From: Mobula hypostoma
Lineage: Eukaryota
NCBI RefSeq assembly: GCF_963921235.1
Contig: NC_086097.1
Span: forward strand, 48,300,001 to 48,364,000
DNA length: 64,000 nucleotides
Direction: 5' to 3'
The translations under genes were made by a program, and so were the position numbers. Shown one piece after another: positions 24,324-36,830 of the stretch. Positions within the stretch are counted from its first letter, which is position 1. Every line of letters starts with the position of its first letter. A model generated the notes under the pieces. That model had not been told where the DNA came from. It did not search any database and saw nothing but the letters and a program-made list of their open reading frames with translations.

Positions 24324-24761
24324 ACTCTTTCCCATAGATGCTGCCTGGCCTGCTGAGATCCTCCAGCATTTTGTGTTTATTGGTGACTATTCCCGATCTG
24401 GCTTTGATGATTGGTAGATCTTGTCTCTCAGAATTCCCTCACCAGCCTGTAGATCCCTGGCCTGTCCTCGCTATCCTTTTATAACAATGGAACAATATTA
24501 GACACCCTCCAGTCTTCTGGAACTTCATCAGCAGCCAATGACAAAGCAAGGATCTGTTATAGAGAGAGAAATTAAATACAGATACAGTCACTCTTGTCTG
24601 TTGGTTAGGAACATCTTGGAATAACCTTACTGTGACCAACATATTCCCTGGTGCCCAACAGTACATCTGGCTTCAAAACTCCCAGTGATTTGCAGGCAAA
24701 TTGCAAGATAATGTAGTTTAATTCCTGAGAACATCAGAAAGATAAACTATTTCCTGAAAAA

Positions 24762-24954
24762 TCCGGACCTGCCTCTCGGTTTTATTGCACTACCTTACTT
24801 TCCATTTTTATATTTTCTATTTATGATTTATAATTTAAATTTTTAATATTTACTATCGATTTGTAATCCAGGGAGCGGGAAGCGCAGAATCAAATATCGC
24901 TGTGATGATTGTATGTTCTAGTATCAATTGTTTGGCGACAATAAAGTATAAAGT
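24762..24954 (+). mobile_element. Rex1-like LINE 3' end
   Basis: Reverse-complement homologue of 31353-31570. It ends AATAAAGTATAAAGT. Confidence 0.8.
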
Positions 24955-25417
24955 TTATTGTACCAATACCAATATGTACAGGTGCAATGAAAAACTTACT
25001 TGTAGCATTTTCACAGGCCTATAACCCCATATAAGCAATATTCACAAGAAAGAACAAATTATACATAAATTTTTCAAGAATAAACGTATTAGAACAAAAG
25101 TTGGTTCAAGAACCAAATGATAGAAGGGAAGTGGCTGTTCTTTACCTGATGATAGAGTTAGGAGTATGGAAGCCATTAGGCATTTATACTTGCTGCCCAA
25201 TGGTGGCTGCGAAACAATGGCCGGACCTGGACGGTGGAGATATTTGATGATGAGTGTTGCCTTCTTGAGGCAGCACCCCGTGAAGATGTCACTGAAGGTG
25301 GGGACGGATGTGTCTGCGATGTATTGGACAGGGTCCATTACACTCTGCAGCTTCTTATGTTCCTGCACATTTGAATTGTTGTACCAGACCATGATTCAGC
25401 CAGTCATGATGCTTTAA
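24955..25417 (-). mobile_element. Rex1-like LINE 3' fragment, tail-to-tail with the previous copy
   Basis: ORF 25042-25392 (VWY....KKLQSV..CLKKATLIIK..H.PG) is a Rex1-type C-terminus. Confidence 0.75.
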
Positions 25418-26210
25418 CCTGAGAATAACAAAGAAGAGAACTCTAATCCGAGGAGTAACTATGATGCAAATGTACTTGCAGACATTTAAAGAATTCTGTA
25501 ATGAAAACAATGATTATTTAAAGACTGAAGAGGAGCAATTAGATTGGAACCTCAATCTATCTTTTAGCCAATCATCTTGTTCAAATGCATTCCTTAGTGG
25601 TTGAATACGACCTGTTTCTTTTCTGGATCTGTGGCTCCTCAATGCTGGAAGGGATTTGAAGTCTAAGCTACAGATGGGGCATGTGGTGACAAAGCAAGTG
25701 GGTGACTTGTTTGGTGCTGTGTGTTTCTTCTGCTGTTTCCTACTGACTCCCACATACAGTATTCCCAGCACAGGGACTTTGGTTTATCAGTGCCTTTCCA
25801 AATGTGGCTTCTCCATTTTGAGGAGCCATTGACCAGTATTCTCATGAATCAATAAGGATATTACATTTTTTTCTATGAGAATTTGAGAACATTCTTCCAG
25901 TATTTTCTTTCTTTTATCTTGGAAATCTCTTTCATTGGTCATGCTTGTTTGGAAGGATGGTGTAGGGAACACAGACAGTATGGCAGGATATATTCAGGAA
26001 CTCAGCACTGGGGATGGGGTTCTCGTTGATCAACTACACAGCCAATCAACTGAAAGATTTTACAGAGGTAGCATCAGAGCATTGGAGAGAAGCCGCATGG
26101 AAATGTCCTGCTTCCACCCATGCAAGGGAGACCTGCAGTTCAGCAAATCCATCCTACCTATCCTAATGGTCTCCCAAATGCTCACTCATATGTGCAGGAT
26201 GTCCAAAAGT

Positions 26211-26793
26211 TCAGAATCAGAATCAGGCCTATTATCATTAACATATGTTGTGAAATTTGTCATTTTGTGGCATTAGTATAGTGTAAGATATAAAAATTAT
26301 TATAAGTTACAATAAAAAATGCAAAATTAAATAAATAACACAAAGAACAATAGCACGTTAGTGTTCATGGATGATTAAGAAATCTGATGTTGGAGGTGAA
26401 GGAGCTATTCCTAAAATGTCAAGTGTGTGTCTTCAGACTCCTTCAGCTTCTGGTAGTAACAAGAAGAGTGCATGTCTTGGATATGAGAGTCCCTAATGAT
26501 AGAAGCCGCCTTTTTGAGGCACCATTTTTGAGAATGTCCCCCATGGCAGGTAGATTGGTGCCCATGATGGAGCTGACTGAGTCTGTAAACCTGTGCAGCC
26601 TCTTCTGATCCCCTGCATTGAAGGCTCCATACCAGGTGACCAGGTGGTGATGCAGCCAGTCAAAATGCTCTCTGCTGTACCTTTGCTGGAGTCTTTGGTG
26701 ACATACCAAATCTCCTCAAAGTCTTAATGAAGTATAGCTGCTGGCGTGCCTTCTTCCTGATTGCATCAATGTGTTGAGCCCAGGATAAATCCT
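26211..26793 (-). mobile_element. Rex1-like LINE 3' fragment
   Basis: Has a (TCAGAA)n tail at 26211. ORF 26443-26709 (WYGAFNAGDQKRLHR) is homologous to 54900-55150. Confidence 0.8.
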
Positions 26794-27049
26794 ATTGGTT
26801 GGGTTTTGTAAGCTGGCAAGGATCTGTGGAGTCCAGCAACCGTGCAGTTATTATCAGAATGAGCGGCTCTCAGATTGTTAAATCCTCATAAACACCAAAC
26901 CAGAAGGGAAAAAACAGAAATTAAATTTGTTTGCTTTTCTCATTTTACATAGTTCATACTCTCAGGATCAAGGTAGAAGCTGAAACCTTGTTTACAGATG
27001 TAAAAAAAGCTTCTGTCTAACTATAGGAACAAAAGTAATATGTATACAA

Positions 27050-27640
27050 TTACGACACAAGAGAGACGGCAGACACTGGAAGTTTGGAGAAACACGCACA
27101 AATTGCTGGAGGAACTCAGCAGATCAGGCAGTTTCTGTAGAAGAAAATGAACAGATGATGTTTTAGGCTATGCCCCTCCACCAGGGCGGGAACGGAAGAG
27201 GGCAGAAGCCTGAATAAGAAGGGTTTGCAGGGAGGGTGAGGCACATGAGCTGGTGGGTGATAGGTGAAGAGCGGATGGCAGGAGGCTGGGGAGGGGGACA
27301 AATGAAACGATGTTAGAAGCTGGGAGGCAATTGTTGGAAGAGGTAAAGGGCTGAATAGGATGGAAAGTGATCGGAGAGGACACCAGACCATAGAATAAAG
27401 GGAAGGAGCTGGGGAACAAGAGGAAAGAATGAATGGGTGATGGGCAGGTTGAGAGGGTGTGGGGGTAGAAAGAGAATAGGTAAAGAAGCCAGTGGTGTAA
27501 GGGAAAACAAAGGGTGGGGGGAGAGGTGAGGAACAGAGGGAAGTGGTTATCAAATGTTAGAGAAATCAATGTTAATAATGTCAGGTTGGAGACTATCAAG
27601 GCAGAGTATGAGGTAATTTGGTGTTTTCCCTCCATTTGTG
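27050..27640 (-). mobile_element. Penelope 3' fragment
   Basis: Encodes the end of the ORF (LDSLQPDIINIDFSN), then a purine-rich UTR and the terminal GCTGGAGGAACTCAGCAG module with a degenerate hammerhead at about 27152-27189. Confidence 0.8.
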
Positions 27641-29229
27641 CATTGGGCCTCAATGTACAAAGTAGGGCCTATTACATGCTGTATCACTAAATAAAGTACA
27701 TAAATAAATAAACAATAATAAATTAATACCAATACCAATAAGTGTAGCTTTAGTATGGTTCTATATAATGCATTAATAAAAATCTGAGAATTGTTTCATT
27801 AGAAAAATAACTTGTTTGTTGTTAAGGTGAATCGAGTTAAATCAAAAACCGTACAGAATCATTAAAGGATTGTTTAGGCTAGTGGGATTTTTGTTGAGAA
27901 AGATGTTACTGGTCCTTAAGTAAACAAGGTGTAAGATCAAAGAATACTGAAAGTAGGCTGGGCACTCATTAAGAGTGAGTAGCTTAGTGAGTAGCTGTTC
28001 CTTACAGAAGCTGGAGGTCACAAAGGAAGGAGGCTGGGGTAATATCTTTTCATCCTGCTGTATAATTAAGGTGAGGGGCAACTGAAAGTAACCAGTTCTC
28101 CCTGGCCTTCCAATAAACTTTTAGGATTGATTATAAAGGAGGAAATGTTGGCTGTCTGATAGTGATTAAAGTTAATTTTGAAAAAAAAACAGGGGTAACA
28201 TTATTTTCTTCCTTAATTTCGCACTAACAAAACTGGCAATGTGCTGAAAAGCTACCAGCTATTACTGTCACACTTCCAAATAGGATTTCTTTGTAAAAAA
28301 TAACCAGAGGCAAAACTGCTTCATTTGCAGCATTAACTTGAGGTTCATTGATGTACATCAGCCGAACTAAGAGAAGGCTAAGAACAGCTCAGCTCCCCTT
28401 AATTCTGCAGAGTTAATAGAAAATTTAGGGAACCCTAGAGGTGGCATTATAAAATGTGCTGGAGGCAGATTATGACTCTTAAAAAAAGACAGGAAAATGT
28501 GCTGCTTTGTTTTCGGTTTGATTGCAAAGAGTGTGTTGTAGCTTTACATTTAACAACCTCCCCATAAAACGTCAACAGAACACCTCCACTAAAACCAGTA
28601 ATTGAAACAAGCTGGGGTATAATGAAGCAAAATTCCAGGAAATAGATGGATCTTATACCCCTACATTCATGCTGAAGGCCATTGTATTATGCTGCCTCTG
28701 GGATGACTTTTAATGAACCAATAAAAGTGAGATTGGCTTGACTCAATGTCACCAACAAAATGAAAGCTCCACAAGTGGCCCCTCATAAAGAGGCACCATT
28801 TAAATAATGTGGACAAAATCACAAGGAAATCCACACTCTGTTGGAAACACATTATATAACACTACATAACATTCAGCAAAATTGAATTAGGAACCAGACA
28901 ACAATGCAATTTCAATAATATAGTGTGCACAGACCAGAAACAAATTTCCCAGGAAATCTTAATTAACAAAGCTCTGTAATTCTAAATCATAATATTGTTC
29001 TGTGTCAGTTGGGCTCTCTGGGGACTAATGTTTCTGTTTAGTTGTGCCTTGGTTAAACTTTCTTGGGCCTGTTTTCCTTTGTTGCTGAGAGCTTAGTTAC
29101 TAAAATTCCATGGGATGTGAGCAAAATGGAGCCTTAAATTGCATCAAGGTAAAGGGGTACACAAATGTACAAGAAATGAACACATCTACAGTGAATGATG
29201 AAGCAAGTGTGAGATCTGAAGATTCCTCT

Positions 29230-29800
29230 CAGGTGGAGAAGGAGTGTTAGGTGTGGCAGGTGGCTGAGTAGTTTTCAAGGTGGTGTGCTCCTTCTGCCAT
29301 TCATTGTAGAGAGCCTTTGTGCTCCTAATGCAGGGACTTGAGTTTGTCAATGCCATCCTTCTTCCGTTTGAGTGGTCTTGGGGCCAAGGAGCCAGTTGGA
29401 TGCTGCACTTCCTTCAGGAGGATTTGAGAACATCTTTGAATCTGTTCCTCTGTCCTCCTGGAAGTTCTTCCTCTGACAGAGCTTGGAGTAGAGAGTCTGT
29501 TTTGGGTGTCTGGCATCAGGCATGTGAAGGATGTGGCCTCCCCACTGTGGCCATAACTGGAACTTCAGTATTGAGCATGTTGGCCTGGGGAAGATGCTGA
29601 TGTTTGTCTACCTATCTTATCAGTCGATTCGGAGGATTAGGAGCTTTGCTGGCATCTCGCCAATGTTTTAAGATGCCTGCTTTAAGAAATTCAAGCCTCA
29701 GTGGCATATCAGAGAGCAATGATAACTGCTGCCTTGTAGACCTTGAGATTTCTATTGAAGTTAAGGTCTTTATCTTTGATGCACCATCAATAACTCCAAA
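29230..29800 (-). mobile_element. RTE (BovB-like) LINE 3' fragment
   Basis: The minus strand encodes DKDL..NLKVYKAAV and GGQRNRFKDVLKSS. Confidence 0.7.
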
Positions 29801-29984
29801 AGATTGGAAGTAGAGTAAATACCGAAAGGCTTTTATTAGCAGTAAAATGTGACCTCCATCATGCTGAGTGTCTGCCCCTAGACTGAGGAGGAGAAGCAAT
29901 GGTGCAATCGCCTTTATTCAGGGCTCTGTGGGAGGAGCCATAGGAGCAGTCAGCAGAGGGGCGTGTCCAGACAGGCAACCCAGT

Positions 29985-30640
29985 TACATCATATATATAT
30001 GGTTTACCACAATCTTCAAACACCCCTTTCCTCAGAAAGAAATATCTGGGTCCCAAACTATGAGAAGTGGTCCATTTATCCCACGGTCTCACCAGGAACA
30101 TCTATTATCAGGGAGTTGTTTTGTACAACTGGGGCGTGTTGGTGGATGATCCTTGCAAAGTTCAAAGTTCAAAGTAAAATTTATCATCAGAGTACATCCA
30201 TGTCACCATATACAACCCTGAGATTCTATTTCTGTGGATATACTTAGCAAACCTATAGAACAGTAACTGTAAACAGGATCGATGGACAACAAATTGTGCA
30301 AATACAGATATAAATAAATAGCAATAAGCAATGATCTTTGGGGATGTTGAGTGTAGGGTTCAATCTCTCATAAAGATTGAGTGTCTTGTGTGAACACATG
30401 CATTCTCCAAGCATTGCGGTTGAACTACCTCTTTCAAGCCCTTCAGACCTCTAGCTGTAACATGCCTGCCCCTTGCACTATGAGAGGTAGGTTTGTTAAA
30501 CTCATCCACTGCCTTCTAGTTCCCAGCCTACCCTTCAGGTTAACAAATAGTTCTGGTGACTGAGCTAGTGCCTTCCACTATGGTGACAACTGACGAACAC
30601 ATCCTTCCTCACTCTCTTCTTCCTCTCAGGAGCTAGTTAG
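29985..30640 (-). mobile_element. Second RTE fragment (RT region), interrupted by a Rex1-like tail at about 30157-30332
   Basis: The minus strand encodes IIHQHAP..IDVPGETV..DHF..G and LRKGVFED. An (AAAGTTC)n-tailed insert like the one at 49314 interrupts it. Confidence 0.55.
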
Positions 30641-31352
30641 ATGTTCCCTTGAGAGATGAAGAGCTCCTGAAAGCCTGCAATGATACGATAGGAAGGGTAA
30701 TGATTGTCATCTAAGAGATTATGTGGGATGAGAACACTTGGAGCTTGGGAATGAGGATTAGTTTGAAGGAAGTAGAAATCAGGAGCTATTTGAGATTTGT
30801 AAGAATCTCTTGGTTCTATCTTACCTGCTTTATCTTTCATGAAATCTTCTGCCACATTCTGTCCCAGTAATGGGTGGCATTCCCTCCTCAAAGGGTGTGA
30901 TGATATAGAGCCAGTTGTTCAGATTTAACTGATAGCTATTCCATTAAATTAATTCATGGAATCTGTGCATCTCTGACCAAGGCAATGATTTTGGCTTAGT
31001 TGTCCATATTGTCCTTGAGCAGGTGGTGGTGAGCCATCTCCTTGAACCACTACGGGCCTTCTGTGCGGGTTCTATCACAGTACTCCTGGTTCTGACCCAG
31101 TGACAAAGATGAGCTGGTGATATGCTTCTAAATCATTTGGAGGGGAACCTTTAGGTGCTGGTGTTCCCAAATTTCTGCTGGCCTTTGCCCTTCTTTGAAG
31201 CAGCATCGCTGTCAGAAAAGTCTCGATCAATAACTGCAGTGCATTTTTCAGATTATGCAGAGTGTCATTGATAGGGAGGGTTAATGTTCGGGATGGTGAT
31301 GCGAGTGAGTGCTTTGGCAGATATATGTCTTCATGTATGATTTTATATATAC

Positions 31353-31809
31353 TATACTTTATACTTTATTGTCGCCAAACAATTGATACTGGAACGTACA
31401 ATCATCACAGCGATCTTTGATTCTGTGCTGCCCGCTCCCTGGATTACAAATATTAAATATTAAAAATAGTAAAAATTAGTAAATATTAAAAATTAAATTA
31501 TGAATCATAAATAGAAAATAGAAAAATGGAAAGTAAGGTAGTGCAAAAAAACCGAGAGGCAGGTCCGGATATTTGGAGGGTATGGCCCAGATCCGGGTCA
31601 GGATCCATTCAGCAGTCTTATCACAGTTGGAAAGAAGCTGTTCCTAAATCTGGCCGTACGAGTCTTCAAGCTCCTGAGCCTTCTCCCGGAGGGAAGAGGA
31701 CGAAAAGTGTGTAGGCTGGGTGGGTTGTGTCCTTGATTATCCTGGCAGCACTGCTCTGACAGCGTGCGGTGTAAAGTGAGTCCAAGGATGGAAGATTGGT
31801 TTGTGTGAT
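31353..31809 (-). mobile_element. Young Rex1-like LINE 3' fragment
   Basis: Has a (TATACTT)n tail. It encodes ITQTNLPSLDSLYTARCQSSAARIIKDTTHPA. It belongs to the same family as 24762-24954. Confidence 0.85.
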
Positions 31810-32864
31810 ATGATATATATACATGTGTGTCTGTGTGTGTGTATTATGCTTCACCTGGTTGAAGAGCTGTGGAAAGTAGCTGAAGCGCTTGGAAAACATG
31901 TAAAAACATCTAATAATCTGGAATATGTGAATGTCAAATATTTCATAGAATTGCTATTGTAGTTTTCTGTGGGATGGGACCTACCTTTACCACTTGTATT
32001 ACATCATTATGATCTTTAAGGCACTGGGCCCATGTCCTGCAGGCAGTAGTCCTATCACCTTTGATGATATCCACCACATCAGTTGCAGTTACAGAGTGTC
32101 CTTCCTGAATTACACCTCCTCCAGTCGGACTTCTGGTACTCCCTCTCTGAGCATTCTCCCTCAGGCCCTGAACCATCCTGAACAAACTCCTTTTCTTTCA
32201 CTGCCAGCATGAAAATTGCAGCTCTCTGGAGGAAGTGCGTGCATTGAAGCTATAAATACTATTCCTGGTAAATTGCTACTAATCAGTGCTTCGTTGCTAA
32301 ACCTGCAGGACTCTGCCTAACCACCTCCAGGCACATTTAGCTCATGCTAATCAGCAATTATCCATAACATTGCTGGCTACATCCAGACCTTTAGACAGGG
32401 ACTCTTTATTAGCACAGTGTCCGCAAAATGCTAGTTTAAATGCTTATCGCAAAATAAATTGCAGCATACATTGTGGTAACCAGCAGTCACAAAAGGCCTC
32501 ATGTGCACTGGTGGGAAAGTCAGCGGAAAAGAGGATTCTTCATGTCGTCTGAGTTCTGTGAATGCTTGCTGTGATTAGGGCTCCAACTAAACCTAATGCC
32601 ATATAATCTTATTTTACAACAATTTGTTCATTTGGCTTGTTAAGAATCGGAAGTAACCTTCAGAAAGTAGATTTTTGTGTCATGCAATCTGACCATCATT
32701 TTCTTACATTTTCCTAATCATTATTGATTCTCAGTTTACACTGTGTCAGATAGGATCTGGAAGTGTAGCTCTAGAGACAGAAGCTCCTATTACTGAACAG
32801 ATTTGCTCCCATTTCCTTGCCCAATCACCACCCCCCACCCAGATGCTAGAATCACTAGCGTTAT

Positions 32865-33125
32865 TATTTATTTAATGACGCAGTGTGGAACAATGAGCCA
32901 CACCACCCAGCAATCTCCTGGTTTAACCCTAGCCTAATCATGGGGCAACTTACAGTGACCGACTAACCTCCATCTTTGGACTGTGGGAGGAAACTGGAGC
33001 ACCCGGAGGAAACACACATTCATGGGGAGAATGTACAAACTCCTTGCAAATGGCTCCAGAGTTGAACTTTGACCTATAGAACACCCCAAGCTGTAACAGC
33101 ATCACGCTAACTGTTATGCTCCTGA
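32865..33125 (-). mobile_element. V-SINE (HE1-like tRNA-derived SINE)
   Basis: The minus strand has the V-domain TTTCCTCCGGGTGCTCCAGTTTCCTCCCACAGTCCAAAGATG, preceded by A/B-box-like AGCATAACAGTTAGCG and GTTCAACTC. Confidence 0.8.
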
Positions 33126-33289
33126 GGCAACATGATATAGTATAGCCCTTACAGGTTTCACATGTTCCTTTCTACTGGCTTGCTAATTGTTCTGAAGTGA
33201 ACCTTTGTTCTCTTCCCAGTTCAATTTCACCATTTTAAAGATGGCTCAGCTTTTGAGTAAAGGAGATTATTGATTCATAATAAAAACGA

Positions 33290-33605
33290 ATCCCTGGACA
33301 TCCCCTCTTCACACTGTTACTGTCGGGAAGGAGGTACAGAGGCCTGTAGGCACACACTCAGTAATTCAGGAACAGCATCTTCCCCTCTGCCATCTGATTC
33401 CTAAGTGGGACATTGTACCTATGAACACTACCTCACTACGTTTTTATTTGTTTTTTGCACTACTTATCTTAACTATTTAATGAACTTAATGTAACTCAGT
33501 TTTTTTCTCTATATTTATTTATCATGTATTTTGTTATACTGTTGCCTTAAAGATACCAAATTTCATGATAGATGCCGGAGATTCTAAATCTGATTCTGAT
33601 TCTGA
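33290..33605 (+). mobile_element. Rex1-like LINE 3' fragment
   Basis: Homologous to 55105-55440, with a (TCTGAT)n tail. Confidence 0.8.
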
Positions 33606-33764
33606 AATAACTGGCATAGTTATCATAATCAAATGCATCAAGATGCTGAATAGAAATGCAAGAGACTGCAGGTGTTGGAATCTGGAACAACAAACAATCC
33701 TCAGCAACACATGCAAAATACTGGAGGACCTCAGCAGGTCAGGCAGAATCTATGGAAATGAATA

Positions 33765-33797
33765 AACATTTCGGGCCATGACCCTTCTTCAGGACAG
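33765..33797 (-). ncRNA. Minimal hammerhead ribozyme motif (core intact, 3' arm lost)
   Basis: Minus strand reads CTGTC-CTGAAGA-AGGGTCATGGCCC-GAAA-TGTT. Confidence 0.6.
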
Positions 33798-34104
33798 GAA
33801 AGGAAGGGAGAAGACATCAGAATAAAATGGTGGGGGGAGGAGAAGGAGGACTATTTAGAAGGTGATAGGTGAAGCCAGGTAGGTGGGAAAGGCAAAGGAA
33901 TGGAGAGGAAGGAATCTGATAGGAGAGGAGAGTGGACTATAGGAAAGAGTGAAGAAGGAGGGGCACCAGGGGAATGTGATAGGCAGGTGAGAAGAAGAGG
34001 TAAGAGGCCAGAATAGGGAATAGAAGAAGAGAGAAGGGGGAGAGAAATTTTTTTTTACCAGAAGGAGAAATTGAGGTTCATGACATCAGGTTGGAGGTTA
34101 CCTA

Positions 34105-34735
34105 TGTAAGGGGGCTTCATCGTTCACTACGCAGGCTAATTAAAATGGCTTCTTTGTTATGTTATACTGGGGAATGCTTTGTTATGTTAAATGCTGAGAA
34201 AGTCTGTAGCTAGACATCTGCTTGGGTTAGTACAAATAGCAGGGTGCAATTAACCAATTGGGATAGTTGTTATGATTTTGGCGTATCTGGGAGATTTGTA
34301 TGTGCGGGGTTTTGGGGCAGAAGGCGGGAGAGTGAGACAGAGGATGGACCAGGTGCTGTGATGTCCGCTAATGGGGTCGAACCCAGAGGAGGGCGTTCGG
34401 CGAGGAGACGGAGACGTACTCATGTGGAGCGTCTGGTCGACCACCGTTGTTGGTCCCAGGTGGCCGGTCGAGGTGGTCCGAGGGGTCACAGGGTGAAGAA
34501 GGTTCTTGAGCTCCATCTGTTTTGTGCACGAAGAGATTGAACTTTGATAAGTGTGGCGCCTTTTATTTTCCTTTTATGTTTTATTCTCTATTAATTATAT
34601 AGGTCCAGTAATATCTATAAACCGTAAATCATTTAATCGTATCTGGTGTATTGTCTGTTATTTGGGCGGGGCCGAGGGTTGTTTCCCTAGATGACAGCGA
34701 GCCGAGCGACCCTGAGGGTGGCCAGGGGGGCTACA
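34105..34735 (+). mobile_element. Solo LTR (631 bp, Gypsy-type 4-bp TSD)
   Basis: Has TGTA...TACA termini and a perfect TSD CCTA at 34101-34104 and 34736-34739. Penelope sequence resumes on both sides. The interior is CpG-rich. The strand is tentative. Confidence 0.88.
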
Positions 34736-36830
34736 CCTAGAATATGAGGTGTTACTCCTCCACCGGAGAATGGCCTCATCATGGCAACAGAGGAGGCCAT
34801 GAACCGACATGTTGGAACAGGAATGGGGATAGGAATTAAAATGGTTGGCCACCGGGAAATTCTGCTTTTGGCTGATTGAGTGGAGGTGCTCGATAAAGTG
34901 GTTCCCCGATTTACATTGAGTCTCACCAGTGTTGAGGAGGCCACATCGGGAGCACTGGACACAACAGACAACCCCAACGGGTTCACAGATAAAGTGTTTC
35001 CTCACTTGGATGGACTGCTTGGGGCCCTGAATGGAGGTAAGGGAGGAGATATATGGGCAAGTGTAGCATATCTGCCACATACGTGCTAAAAGGGAGATTA
35101 GTGGGGAGAAATAAATGGATGAGGGATTCATGGAGGGAGTATTCCCTGTGGAAAACGGAGAGTGGGGAGTGGTAAGGATGCGTTTGGTGGTAGGACGGTA
35201 GAAGTTGCAGAAAATGATGTATTGGATGTGGAGGGTCATGGGATGGTAGGTGAGGGTAAGAGGTATTCTATCCTTGTTAAGGCGGTGGGAAGATGGGGTG
35301 AACTGATGTTTGGGAAACGCAGGAGATGTGGGTGAGGGCAGCATCAATGGTGGAGGAAGAGAAACACTGTTCATTGAAGAAGGATGAAATTTATGATGTC
35401 TTGGAAAGGAAAGCTTCATCCAGGGAACAGATGAGGTGGAGACGAAGGAACTGAGAAAAGGAAGTAGGATTTTAACAGGAGATAGGGTGGGAAGAGGAAT
35501 AGGTGAGAAAACTGTGGGAATCGGTAGGTTTATCATAGATGTTGATAAATTGTAGGCCTCCAGAGATGGAGACAGAGAGATCGGGAAAAGTGTAGGGTGG
35601 AAGTTGGAGGCAAAGTTGATGAAATTGACGAGCTCAGCATGGGTGCATGAAGCAGCACCAACGCAGAAGGAGTTGGGGAGCATTACCAGTGAAGGCTTAG
35701 AACATGGACTGTTCTACATAACCGAAAAAAAGGCAGGCGTAGTTGAGGCTCATGGGTGTACATATGGTTATTCCTTGAGTCTGGAAAAAGTTGAAGGAGA
35801 ATCTTCAGCGTCTATGGGGGGGGTGAATTTACCTGCATTTCAGGTTGAAACCCATGTTTATTAGGACTATTATCAAATTGATATTAAGAGATATGTTTTA
35901 AGGAATATCTTAAAGGAGGGGAGCGAGGCAAGGTTTAAACTCTGAGAAGCTTAAGCCAGGGTCATCGCTGATGGAGACAATAAAAAGTAAGATTATGCAA
36001 GAGATCAGAATATAGCAGAGCTCCAGTGGAGGTCTAGTATGAAATCTGGAGCAGTTCAGTGTTGATCACAAGTAATAAACGAGTGTGACAGCAACGGCTT
36101 CTGATTGCACTCATCTCCCAGCATGTGGCTCAATGACGTCAGTCTAATTAAACAAGCAGAGTTGAGTGTAATGGACAGCACATGTTCTGATATGCATTTG
36201 GTGCTGGTGAGCAAAGGCAAACATGTCCCTCGGGAGACCCCAATTCCCAGCAGTACAAACGCTATCCAGTGTAACTGTATCTTGTCAGCCCAGCTCACAT
36301 ATCATCTTATTCTGACACAAATCACCCTCTTTCCAGACTACTTCAATCTTTAATTAGCACCAGAATTTTGGCCGTGCAGACCTGAGAGAGTCAGAAAGGG
36401 ACTGGGAAGCTGGGATTGTATGGGGTGGATGGCAGGAGCCAGGAAGAATACTTTGGAAATTGGGATGGCAGACATCATCATTAACAGCTTGGCGTGCATT
36501 AACAGGGTGAAATGTTGGCAATTGTTGAGGGATGCGGTTGGAAGATTTTATTATGGGGGAGGGATATAGTATGAGTGATACTAGAGTGTCTGAGTGAATG
36601 GCAGGAGAATGATATTCCAATATGAACCAGGAGTCTGCAGAAGTGAAAATATCAGGAGATAAATGGAGGCCAATACTTCTGTCACTTTATCTATCTGAAG
36701 AGGCCAGTGCAGCCTTGTTATCTAGAGTGGAAGTTAAAACATGATAATTTTTAGCCGAGGTTTGTGAAATTTGGAATGTCACCTTCTTTTCCCTTTTTCA
36801 AGATTTAAACACATACCGGCAACAAAGTTT

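Larger units (their letters stand above)
22670..24380 (-). mobile_element. Penelope-like element: RT C-terminus plus GIY-YIG endonuclease, with an inverted terminal-repeat copy at the 5'-truncation point
   Basis: ORF 23075-24088 contains CYTCPY..F..WCSWCGLLYISETRCRL..H..VATHFN (GIY-YIG with a CCHH finger). Segment 24161-24378 is an inverted copy of 22715-22927. Confidence 0.92.
22380..24535 (-). mobile_element. Old CR1 fragment split by a Penelope insertion
   Basis: 24384-24535 encodes EVPEDWRVSNIVPL..RDKIY. 22380-22669 continues with IRSSQYCFVHGRSYLTN..VTSGVP. Confidence 0.8.
33704..35790 (-). mobile_element. Penelope-like element (RT C-terminus plus GIY-YIG) interrupted by a solo LTR
   Basis: ORF 34658-35683 contains CYTCPYISSLTSIQGPKQ..CSRCGLLNTGETQ..EH..VANHFN. 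The terminal module has a hammerhead motif at 33765-33797. Confidence 0.9.
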
